DNA of 64,000 bases from a bacterium. Its GTDB lineage: Bacteria > Gemmatimonadota > Gemmatimonadetes > Longimicrobiales > RSA9. Below are positions 35,154-43,103 of this stretch, piece after piece. How positions within the stretch are numbered: position 1 is the first letter of the stretch; every line of letters starts with the position of its first letter. The stretch spans positions 7,660 to 71,659 of the forward strand of contig QGVH02000009.1 in assembly GCA_003242735.2 (NCBI GenBank), given 5' to 3'. The notes under the pieces are model-generated. The model had not been told where the DNA came from. It was given only the letters and a program-made list of their open reading frames with translations, and did no database searches. Position numbers and translations under genes: made by a program.

Positions 35154-36235
35154 CAGTCCTCCGCCTTCAGGCGGACCATGCGCTCGAGCAGGTCCGCGAG
35201 GGTGACCGGTCTGTGCTCGACCCCGCAGACGGCGACTCCGTGCCGGACCAGATGGCCCACCATGTCGGCGACGCCGTCGGGGCCGCCGGGAATGGGAGCC
35301 TCGACGACGGCCCAACGGGCGGTGCCGCGACCGTCGTCGAGCGTCGCGCCAATGTGTCCGGCGCGGGCGAGTGCGCGGAGCGCGTCGTCGACGTGGTCGG
35401 CGCGGACCGTCAAGCGGTACATGTCGTCCCGGACCTCGCCCATCAGTTCGTCGAGCCGGCCGACGGCGAGCAACCGCCCGCGATCGAGGACCGCGACGCG
35501 CTCACAGAGCTCGAACGCCTCCTCCGCATTGTGGGTCGCCAGGAGGATCGTGCACTGCTGGCGGCCGACGATCTCGTCGCGGAGGAAACGGCGGAACTGG
35601 CGCGCGGCGACGGGGTCGAGGCTCCGGGTCGGCTCGTCGAGCAGGAGCACCTTCGGCCGCGCCAGCAGCGCTCGCGCGATGAGGAGCCGCTGCTTCATGC
35701 CGGAGGAGAAGGTGCCGACCAACTTGCTGCCGGTGTGCTGGAGCCCGACCGCCTCGAGCAGTTCCCCGACGCGCGTCGACACGTCCCGGCGAGGAACGCG
35801 GTAGAGGGCCGCGAAGAGCTCGAGGTTCTCGCGCGCCGTGAGTCGCCAATCGAGGCTGCGCTCGTCCGGCACCACGAGCGCGAGCGCGCTCCGCACGGCG
35901 TGCGGCTCGCGAAGGATGTCGTGGCCTGCGATGCGCGCCGTGCCGGCGTCGGGGAGCAGCAGTGTGCTCAGCATCCGGAATAGGGTGGTCTTGCCTGCGC
36001 CGTTCGCGCCGAGCAGGCCGAAGAACTCGTTGCGGCGGATGTCGAAGCTGACGCCGTCGACGGCGGTGATGCGCCGCGCCCGGCGCCAGGGAGCGCGCAG
36101 GATCTCACCCCAGGTGCGCCGCTCGGGAAACGCCTTGGTGAGCCCCTGGACGGAGACGATGGGCTCGCCGTCGGCCGGGCGGGCGGCGGACGCACTGGCG
36201 TGTTGCGACGATGCAGTGAGCGGCGCGGTGGTCAT
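35153..36235 (-). CDS. ABC transporter ATP-binding protein (lasso export/immunity candidate)
   Basis: ATG 36235 overlaps the kinase stop (ATGA). It has Walker A GANGAGKTT, signature FSSGMKQR and Walker B LLLDEPTRSLD. It is part of the 751-aa track ORF 35153..37408, whose 5' part is spurious. Confidence 0.9.
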   Translation of the reverse strand: MTTAPLTASSQHASASAARPADGEPIVSVQGLTKAFPERRTWGEILRAPWRRARRITAVDGVSFDIRRNEFFGLLGANGAGKTTLFRMLSTLLLPDAGTARIAGHDILREPHAVRSALALVVPDERSLDWRLTARENLELFAALYRVPRRDVSTRVGELLEAVGLQHTGSKLVGTFSSGMKQRLLIARALLARPKVLLLDEPTRSLDPVAARQFRRFLRDEIVGRQQCTILLATHNAEEAFELCERVAVLDRGRLLAVGRLDELMGEVRDDMYRLTVRADHVDDALRALARAGHIGATLDDGRGTARWAVVEAPIPGGPDGVADMVGHLVRHGVAVCGVEHRPVTLADLLERMVRLKAED

Positions 36236-37203
36236 GGCGTCGTGCCGGCGAGAGACTGCGCGTGCCAGTCGCGGATGGTGGCGACGGCCTCCTCGAGCCG
36301 ATCGAAGTCGCGCACGATTTCCAGCCGGTAGACGGGGACGCAGGCTGCGAGCGCCGTCGCGTGCCGGAACAGGTTCGGCGCCTCGGGGCCCGTGAGCAGC
36401 GGCGCCAGCTTGGCGTGGCCGAGGATCACCAGGGCCGCCTCCATGCCGGAGAGCCGCGTGCGGCGGACGGCTGCGCCGTCGGGTGCCTCCCGGACCGGGG
36501 CGAGCAGGTACAGCGCCGCGAGCGGGTGCGTGCAGTGAGAAACGCGCTCCTCGGGCAGGGCGCGGAACACGGTCTTCGGCCCCACGGCAGCGGGCGCCGC
36601 CTGGCCGATGCCGACGACCCTGGCCGAGTCGGCCCAGAGACGGGCGGCGTGGAGGCCGGGGCCTGCGAGCGGCGGCGAGCCGGCAAGGACCGGCATGGTG
36701 TCGTCGGTGAGGAGCTTCCCGCCGGACCTCACCAGCGCGAGCGCCAACGTTGACTTCCCGTGCCGCTTCGGCGCGACGAACCCGACGGCCTGCCCGTCCA
36801 GCACCACCGCGCTCCCATGGAGACAGACGGTGCCGGCGGCGTACAGCGCGGTGGCGAGCACGCGGCTGGTGATGTCGGCCCGCGCGTCGGCGGCCGAGAC
36901 GTCCTCTGCATGGGTCCACGTGATGGTCCGGCCATCTGCGGCGATGTCGAAGCAGCCGGTATCGTCGAAGACCAGGCGGAACCCGTGGCTCGTGCGGTAA
37001 AGACGGGTCTCGACGCCCGCCGTCACCGTGTCGCTCCCGAGCGGGACGCATTCCGCCTCCGGCGGCTCGCCGACCCGCGAGCGGAGGACCCACGTCACGT
37101 CCTCCGCGGGATCCGCCGCCTCGAGCTCCGGGATCGCCAGATCGCTCTCGAGGACGCCGCCGAAGAGCCGATAGCGATGCCTGATGGAGGGCTCGTTCGT
37201 CAT
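36232..37203 (-). CDS. HPr kinase/phosphorylase-related kinase (lasso precursor Ser kinase candidate)
   Basis: The 323-aa product has P-loop-like VAPKRHGKSTLALAL and LHGSAVVLDGQAVGF, typical of HprK-related kinases in kinase-type lasso clusters. Its start codon directly abuts the B2 stop codon (37203/37204, no overlap). Confidence 0.8.
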   Translation of the reverse strand: MTNEPSIRHRYRLFGGVLESDLAIPELEAADPAEDVTWVLRSRVGEPPEAECVPLGSDTVTAGVETRLYRTSHGFRLVFDDTGCFDIAADGRTITWTHAEDVSAADARADITSRVLATALYAAGTVCLHGSAVVLDGQAVGFVAPKRHGKSTLALALVRSGGKLLTDDTMPVLAGSPPLAGPGLHAARLWADSARVVGIGQAAPAAVGPKTVFRALPEERVSHCTHPLAALYLLAPVREAPDGAAVRRTRLSGMEAALVILGHAKLAPLLTGPEAPNLFRHATALAACVPVYRLEIVRDFDRLEEAVATIRDWHAQSLAGTTP

Positions 37204-37662
37204 TCAGAACTCGACCAGCCGGAGATCCGGCAACCGGGTGAACGTCTGCACGTGCTGCCGCGAGTCGCCGATCACGACACCGTCCAGCTCGATCCACGCG
37301 TGCGCCTCGAACTCGCCGTTGCGCCTGCGCACGCCGACGTTGATCCTGCTCGCCGTGATCCCCCGCCGTCGCAGCATCCGCTGGATCGCCATCGATCGGA
37401 CCAGGCATTGCGGCCGGAAGACACCGTACCTCGCTGCCCGTGTCACCGCCCAGGCGACCGCCTCCGCAATGCGTCGATCCTCACGGCTCGGTGCTCGTCG
37501 CTCGGGCTCGGGCTCTGCCCTCCCGAGGAGCTCACCGACGGGGCGCCGCCAGCGTTCGTACTGGCACGCGAGCAGCACCACCTGGGCCTCTGCGAGCAAC
37601 CGCACCTCTCGCAGAGTGAGCCCGCGGAGTCGGCGGAGCCACACGGCCGCGGTCCGGGTCAT
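37204..37662 (-). CDS. Lasso peptide B2 leader peptidase (transglutaminase-like cysteine protease)
   Basis: The 152-aa product has a Cys...His...Asp context (RPQCLVRSMAIQRML, EFEAHAWIELDGVVIGD), typical of the McjB C-terminal domain family. Confidence 0.85.
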   Translation of the reverse strand: MTRTAAVWLRRLRGLTLREVRLLAEAQVVLLACQYERWRRPVGELLGRAEPEPERRAPSREDRRIAEAVAWAVTRAARYGVFRPQCLVRSMAIQRMLRRRGITASRINVGVRRRNGEFEAHAWIELDGVVIGDSRQHVQTFTRLPDLRLVEF

Positions 37663-37666
37663 GGGG

Positions 37667-37942
37667 TCACCGTTCGTCGGCCGGGATCACCAGGCCGTGA
37701 CGCGCCAGGTCATCGAGGAGCTCGACCACGTCGCTCCGGAGTTGCTCGGCGGGCACATCCGGATAGCGCCGCCCGAGCTCCGCGCACACCTGGTCGAGGT
37801 CCTGGCACGTGGGGGGCAGGAGTTGCCACACCTCGACACCGACGGGGTTGAGACCGAAGTAGACTTCCTGTTCCATGTGCAGGAGGATCGCGCCCTCCGG
37901 CACGGGCTGGAACAGCACGGCAGGGTGAGGTTTCGGCAGCAT
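37667..37942 (-). CDS. Lasso peptide B1 protein (PqqD-like RiPP recognition element)
   Basis: I chose the start at ATG 37942. The product begins MLPKPHPAVLFQPVPEGAILLHMEQEVYFGLNPVGVEVWQLL, a typical PqqD-family pattern. The stop lies 4 nt before the B2 start. No obvious SD is present, so the start is uncertain. Confidence 0.78.
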   Translation of the reverse strand: MLPKPHPAVLFQPVPEGAILLHMEQEVYFGLNPVGVEVWQLLPPTCQDLDQVCAELGRRYPDVPAEQLRSDVVELLDDLARHGLVIPADER

Positions 37943-38282
37943 TCGTTCAGAATCGAAACGACACTCTGGTTGAAAGCGGGTCCATGACGCCGGTGGCCGG
38001 ACGGGCAAGTCAGGGGCCGATGGGGGCCATGGCGGCCAAATCGTGAATCCGTAATGACCTGGGAGACGTCCGGCGCCGACACGGGCGCCTCGAAGCTGTT
38101 GCGTTTGCGCAACCCTGTCAGGGAGGCGGCGCGGCGGCGGTGCGACACTGCCGGCCGGGAGGGCGGCGAGCAGGCCACGGCCTCGAGGCAGCGGAGCCCG
38201 CGCCTCCCTCGTCCACCGCGTCGACCGCGGGGGACGAGGGGAGGGGGCGGAGCGTCCGGTCAGGATCGGCGCAGGGAAGGGC

Positions 38283-38304
38283 CCGGGGGGCCACGGCCCC
38301 CCGG
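38283..38304 (-). terminator. GC hairpin 10 nt after the A2 stop (attenuator or mRNA-stabiliser candidate)
   Basis: The minus-strand RNA is CCGGGGGG-CCGUGG-CCCCCCGG, an 8-bp all-GC stem with a 6-nt loop and no U tract. A gap of about 340 nt follows before B1. Confidence 0.4.
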
Positions 38305-38314
38305 CGGGTTGGTG

Positions 38315-38464
38315 CTACGAGCGGTTTCCGGTGTTGGTGCACCCTACCCAATGGCCGCGGGCGGCGTCGACGCCGAAGATGCCGCCGTCGCAATCGGTGC
38401 TGAGACCGTATTGGGTCAGCTCGCGCACCGAGCCGAACCGCTCCAGTCTCGGTTTGACATACAT
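38315..38464 (-). CDS. Lasso peptide precursor A2 (49 aa): MYVKPRLERFGSVRELTQYGLSTDCDGGIFGVDAARGHWVGCTNTGNRS
   Basis: These are the last 49 codons of the spurious track ORF 38315..38983. ATG 38464 is preceded by GAGAGGAG. It matches A1 at 24 of the first 31 residues, with many synonymous codon differences. Confidence 0.8.
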   Translation of the reverse strand: MYVKPRLERFGSVRELTQYGLSTDCDGGIFGVDAARGHWVGCTNTGNRS

Positions 38465-38486
38465 TCGATCACTCCTCTCGGGAGAC

Positions 38487-38534
38487 GGGTTGCGGGCGAC
38501 TGGCCCGCGCAGCCTGTCGCACCCACGACAGGAT
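38487..38534 (-). repeat. Copy 2 of the 48-nt double-hairpin element upstream of a precursor gene
   Basis: It matches 32035-32082 at 47 of 48 positions. The single difference (plus-strand A at 38524 versus G at 32072) turns a C-G pair of hairpin 1 into a U-G wobble on the minus-strand RNA only. Confidence 0.75.
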
Positions 38535-39056
38535 AGCACAGATGGCACCGGTAGCGCCACCCTTCGATTCGAACGGCACCTCGCCCCTCCCGCGCGGGCG
38601 AGCCGCGCGTCGGCATCGCGAGCATGCCCCGGGAACGCCTCGACCGCCCCGTGTCGGGCGGCGGGGCGCTCCCCCGAACAGGACGAGCCGGACCACCGCC
38701 CCGGAAGACGGCCGGAAAGCGCTGTGCGGTTCCGCCTCCTCCGATCAACGGGGCGCCGTGCCCGGCGGACAGCGCCCCAGCTGCGCGGGTGTGGAAGTCG
38801 GCCGCTGCGTGTGCCCAACCGAAACCGCCGACGACGGCGCGCACCGGCGCTTTCCCGCACGGATCCGGTCTGAGGGTACCACCACAGCGGGCGCTGGCCG
38901 CCGCACCCGGCGGCGCAGGAGAGACGGCCACAGCGGCTGCCGCAGCCGTTCGCTGCGCGGGGGGCCCGCAAACACGATACCAAACAGGGGGATGCCGTCT
39001 ATCTCGTGTGGCTACGAGAGTTTCGAGACGGCACGCCGTGCGGTGCGGCGCAGTCT

Positions 39057-39106
39057 TGTTGCAGGCGAGCATCAGACCTGGCGCCTGCATTGGTCACCGT
39101 TTTGTC
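39057..39106 (-). repeat. Copy 2 of the conserved upstream non-coding block
   Basis: See 34267-34315. A further shared ATCTCGT word lies 56-58 nt away in both copies (34209-34215 and 39001-39007). Confidence 0.5.
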
Positions 39107-39202
39107 CCACGGCGGCGGGCCACCGGCTCGTCGTACGATACGAGAAGGCGCCGACGAACCATGCATGGCGAAGCGTGACGCGGCCGCGCGCCGCGCGCCT
39201 GC

Positions 39203-39661
39203 TCACCCCTCCTGCTCCGCCGCCGTCGCGATCTTCGGCTCGACGGCGACGTCAATGGCGATCCCCTGGCGTACGCTCTGGGTGACGGTGCAGAAGTCCT
39301 CGAAGAGGCCGATGCAGCGCGTGAGGCGCGCGGCGTCGGCCTCGTCCAGCTCCGGGGCGAGCCGGACCGCGATGCGGCTGACGCGGAGGCGGCCCGCGTC
39401 GTTGCGTTCGATGGTGCCGCTCACCTCGGTCTCCATGCCCGTCACGGGCACATGCGCCTTCTGGAGGCAGAAGAGCAGACTCGCGGCGAGGCAGCTCCCC
39501 ACCGCGGCGCCGAGCAGCGCGGTCGGGTTCGGCCCCGCGCCCCCGCCCAGCGGCGGCGGCTCGTCGACGGTCAGTTCTCCGGTGGTCCCGGAATCGAAGC
39601 GGACCGCGAACTCGTAGCCGTCGCGCCGCGTCAGCGTGACTCTGAAGGTGTTGTCTTTCAT
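39203..39661 (-). CDS. OsmC/Ohr family peroxiredoxin-like protein
   Basis: The start is ATG 39661 after GGGGAG. The sequence GGGAGPNPTALLGAAVGSCLAASLLFCLQKAHV...CIGLFEDFCTVTQSV has the typical OsmC pattern with conserved Cys. Confidence 0.85.
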   Translation of the reverse strand: MKDNTFRVTLTRRDGYEFAVRFDSGTTGELTVDEPPPLGGGAGPNPTALLGAAVGSCLAASLLFCLQKAHVPVTGMETEVSGTIERNDAGRLRVSRIAVRLAPELDEADAARLTRCIGLFEDFCTVTQSVRQGIAIDVAVEPKIATAAEQEG

Positions 39662-40038
39662 TGCGCTCCCCTCGTCATCGAGGTCGTGATCCGGCCGGAG
39701 TCTCGGCCGCCGGCGTGCCACTCCCGACCGTGGCCCGTGGGCCATCGACCCCTCCGCCGGCCGCACGGAAACATGCGTCGTCCATGCGAGGCGGTCTATC
39801 GGGGAATGCCGGACGGCCCGTGGGGCGGAGTCGGCGGCGGGCCGCAGGGCCGGGCTTGCCCGCGGGCGGCCGCACAGCGGTGTGGATGCCCGGGCGGCCC
39901 GCCCCGCCTTTGCCGCCCGTGCGAGGTGGGGAGCGGGCGCATCCGCGCGGCGCAGCGGATGCTCGAGGGGCCCGCCGCGCCGGGACCTCGGGCGCCGCGC
40001 GGGGTACACGTGGATGCCCCCCTGCGAAAGGAAGGCGC

Positions 40039-40275
40039 ATGTCCGACTGGGTGAAGCTCCGGAACTACGCGAGCCGCGCGGAGGCGGACTTCCACGCCGG
40101 TCTGCTGCGGGGCGAGGGGATCCCCGTGTTGCTCCAGGGCCCGGACATCGGGATCTTCGGCGGCGGGTTCGGCGGCATGTCCGTCCAGGGCGTGACCCTC
40201 CTCGTGCCCGCGGCCGACCTCGACCACGCGCTCGAGGTGCTGGGGCTCGACGAGCCGGAGGACGAGCCGGCGTGA
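40039..40275 (+). CDS. DUF2007-like small protein (putative signal-transducing fold)
   Basis: The start is ATG 40039 after AAGGAAGG. The 78-aa product begins MSDWVKLRNYASRAEADFHAGLLRGEGIPVLLQGPD. Confidence 0.65.
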   Translation: MSDWVKLRNYASRAEADFHAGLLRGEGIPVLLQGPDIGIFGGGFGGMSVQGVTLLVPAADLDHALEVLGLDEPEDEPA

Positions 40276-40289
40276 GCGGCACGGCGGCG

Positions 40290-41120
40290 ATGCTCTGCGC
40301 TTGCCCCGGGGCGGCGACGGGTGGCGGCGCGCGCGGCGACGCCGGGTTGGCTGCGCACGTGAACGCCGCGCGAGGCGCTGCGGGCCCGGCGCCGATCGCG
40401 GCGAACGGCGGCAGGACCGCGGTGGAGCCCGCCTTGCCGCGGGCGGCGGTCGGGTGGAGCGGCGGCAAGGACTCGGCGCTGGCGCTGGATGCAGTGCTGC
40501 GCGAGGGGCGGCTCGCCGTGCACGCGCTGGTCACGACCGTGACGGACGCGTACGACCGCATCAGCATGCACGGCGTGCGGCGCGCGCTGCTGCGTGAGCA
40601 GTGCGCCGCGCTCGGGCTGCCGCTGGTCGAGGTCGAGATCCCGCCGGGCTGCACCAACGAGGTCTACGAGGCGCGGACGGCGGAGGCGTTCGAGGCGTTG
40701 AAGCGCCAGGGCGTCGAGCGTCTCGTGTTCGGCGACCTGTTCCTCGAGGACGTGCGTCAGTACCGCGAGAACCTCGCCGCCCGCCTCGATCTCGCGTGCG
40801 AGTTCCCGCTGTGGGGCCGTGACACGGCGGAGCTCGCTCGCGCGTTCATTGAGGCGGGGTTCCGCGCCATCGTCGTGTGCGTGGACCCCGGGCAGCTCGA
40901 CCCGTCGTTCTGCGGCCGCGCGTACGATGCTTCGTTCCTCGCCGATCTCCCCGCCACGTGCGATCCGTGTGGCGAGCGCGGCGAGTTCCACACGTTCGTC
41001 TACGACGGCCCGATCTTCGGCCGGCCGGTGGCGGTAGAGAGGGGCCAGGTGGTGGAGCGGGAGGGGTTCTGGTTCGCGGATCTGCTGCCGGCGAACGGGT
41101 CGGCGGGCGCCACGGGCTGA
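40290..41120 (+). CDS. Adenine-nucleotide alpha-hydrolase (Dph6/MJ0570-related ATP pyrophosphatase-like)
   Basis: It has the PP-loop context VGWSGGKDSALAL and C-terminal CDPCGERGEFHTFVYDGPIF. The start is uncertain: ATG 40290, GTG 40272 or GTG 40422. Confidence 0.72.
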   Translation: MLCACPGAATGGGARGDAGLAAHVNAARGAAGPAPIAANGGRTAVEPALPRAAVGWSGGKDSALALDAVLREGRLAVHALVTTVTDAYDRISMHGVRRALLREQCAALGLPLVEVEIPPGCTNEVYEARTAEAFEALKRQGVERLVFGDLFLEDVRQYRENLAARLDLACEFPLWGRDTAELARAFIEAGFRAIVVCVDPGQLDPSFCGRAYDASFLADLPATCDPCGERGEFHTFVYDGPIFGRPVAVERGQVVEREGFWFADLLPANGSAGATG

Positions 41121-41309
41121 GGCGACCGGCCTCTCACAGCGGCCCGTTCCCCGACACCCCGGCGCGCTGACCACCGGGATGTTCCGGGCGCACGGGGAGT
41201 GCAGCGAACCGGAGGCTCTGCCGTGCCCTGCCGTGAAGCGTGGTTCGCGCGCGGGGCGTGCAGCCCGGGCGCAGGCGGCGTCAGGCGCCCGCGACTCACG
41301 CGCCGCTCC

Positions 41310-41867
41310 TCACTCCGTGATCTCGCGGATCACGCGGCACGGGTTGCCCGCGGCGAACACCCCCTCCGGGATGTCCCGCGTCACGACGCTGCCCGCGCCG
41401 ATCACCGAGCGCGACCCGATCCGCACGCCGGGGAGGATGATCGCGCCGCCGCCCACCCACACATCGTCGCCGATCTCCACCGGCTTCCCGTACTCGGCTC
41501 GCCTGCGGAGCTCCGCGTTGAACGGGTGCAAGGGCGTGTAGATCTGCACCGCGGGGCCGAAGAGCGTGAAGCTCCCGATGCGCACGGGGCAGACGTCCAG
41601 CACGACGCAGTTGAAGTTGAAGAACACCCGCTCGCCGAGCTCGATGTTCGTGCCGTAGTCGCAGTAGAACGGCGGCTCGACCCACGCCGACTCGCCGCCC
41701 TTGCCGAACAGCTCGCGCAGGATGCGGCGGCGCTCCTCCACGTCCCCTGCCCGTGTCGCGTTCAGCGCTCGGCAGAGGTCCCGCGCCCGCTCGCGGGCCG
41801 CGAGCAGCTCCGGGTCCAGCGGGTCGTAGAATTCCCCGGCGATCATCTTCTCCCGTTCGGTCTTCAT
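41310..41867 (-). CDS. Sugar O-acetyltransferase (maltose/galactoside acetyltransferase family, hexapeptide repeat)
   Basis: The start is ATG 41867 after GAGGAGG. The product begins MKTEREKMIAGEFYDPLDPELLAARERARDLCRALN and carries hexapeptide repeats (VWVGGGAIILPGVRIGSRSVIGAGSVV). Confidence 0.85.
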   Translation of the reverse strand: MKTEREKMIAGEFYDPLDPELLAARERARDLCRALNATRAGDVEERRRILRELFGKGGESAWVEPPFYCDYGTNIELGERVFFNFNCVVLDVCPVRIGSFTLFGPAVQIYTPLHPFNAELRRRAEYGKPVEIGDDVWVGGGAIILPGVRIGSRSVIGAGSVVTRDIPEGVFAAGNPCRVIREITE

Positions 41868-42025
41868 TGACGCCTCCTCGGTTCGGCGCAGCGCTCCGGC
41901 GCGCGCACCGGGTGGCGCCCGATCCGGCGCGGCCCCGCCCACGCACGAAAGCGCCTGCGCCCGGACCCAGGGCCTCGGGCGCAGGCGCCCTCTCCCGCCG
42001 CGTCAACCCGCCGTGCGGCTGCGGC

Positions 42026-42865
42026 TCAGCCCGCGTTCACCCACGGGTCGTTCCGCATCCAGTCTGCGTCGAGCGGGGAGAAATGGAAGACCACGCCGCC
42101 GTTGGCGAGCAGGGGCAGCAGCCGCCGGGCGCGGTCCATCTCGATGGCGGGGCAGCCCTCGCTGCGGCCCGCGTCCCGCGCAGTCACGTAGGGCGCGCCG
42201 TGGGCGACGATGCGGCGGCGGCGCGCTGCGTTGTTGAAGCGGCCGGACTGGCCGTCGAGCCGCAGGCCGACGGAGGTGTACGCGCGGCCGCCGGCCCTGC
42301 CGTGGAAGGTGTACGTCTCCTGGGCGAGGTACAGCCCCAGGGAGGTGGCCTTGCTGCCGGGCCGGTTCGAGAACCGGGTCGGCACGCCGTTGCGGGTGCT
42401 GGACGAGCCGCTGCCGTGGGCGACGGTGAACGGGCCCTCCACGAGCTTCAGCCGGTCCATGTCGAAGACGTAGCCGCGCGGCGTCCGGTTGTCCAACCCG
42501 AAGTCCACGAAGAAGAGGTACGGCTTGCGGACACGGCCGGGGTTCGCCGCCCGGTAGTTGTAGTAGGCGCGGAACGCCATGCGGAGGGCTTCCGGATGGC
42601 TCATCCGGCGGACGTGGGGCGAGAGCGCGCGGAGCGCGGCCGCCACGCGGCGGTCGACGACGTCGAGCGCATCGTCCGCCTCGAGCGGCGCGGGCGTGGC
42701 CGCGGGCGGGACCACGACCTCCTCGGCTCGAGGGGGCTGTTCGGCCGCGGCGGCGCCCGGGCCGGGCACGGCGCTGGCGCTGGTCGGCGGCGCGGCCCCG
42801 AGGACCAGCACGGCGAACGCGAGCAGCAAGGGGGTCGGGATGCGCGGTGATGCTTGCGCGATCAT
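42026..42865 (-). CDS. Secreted L,D-transpeptidase catalytic-domain family (YkuD_2-like) protein
   Basis: It has a signal peptide and the segments YLFFVDFGLDNRTPRGYVFDM, HGSGS and RSEGCPAI (catalytic Cys context). Confidence 0.78.
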   Translation of the reverse strand: MIAQASPRIPTPLLLAFAVLVLGAAPPTSASAVPGPGAAAAEQPPRAEEVVVPPAATPAPLEADDALDVVDRRVAAALRALSPHVRRMSHPEALRMAFRAYYNYRAANPGRVRKPYLFFVDFGLDNRTPRGYVFDMDRLKLVEGPFTVAHGSGSSSTRNGVPTRFSNRPGSKATSLGLYLAQETYTFHGRAGGRAYTSVGLRLDGQSGRFNNAARRRRIVAHGAPYVTARDAGRSEGCPAIEMDRARRLLPLLANGGVVFHFSPLDADWMRNDPWVNAG

Positions 42866-43103
42866 TGGACCTCGCGATGCTGTGAGCGTCTTCGCTCGGA
42901 CTCGATCTGTGGACCGGAATCGAGGCGGGCACGACGCTATGTCAACGGACTGCGCGGCCGCACCGTTGTCCGACTACACGCCCGGGGGGCTGAGGTTTCA
43001 CGCGGCTCTGCGTTTTCGGGAGGCGGGGCCGACGGGCGGCGGTGGGCCCGGGCCGGGCTGACCCGACGCCGGCCCGCACGCCCCGGGCTGCCGGGCGCGC
43101 GGC

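Noticed and set aside
35153-37408. Single 751-aa ORF covering the ABC ATPase, kinase and part of B2
   Set aside because: The 5' 391 codons are off-frame junk over the kinase and B2 genes. The ATPase homology starts at ATG 36235, which overlaps the kinase stop.
38536-39056. Possible decayed second cyclase coding sequence between the two conserved non-coding blocks
   Set aside because: None of the three minus-strand frames showed convincing similarity by eye to the cyclase beyond the last 7 or so codons. It is reported only as a hypothesis under the duplication finding.
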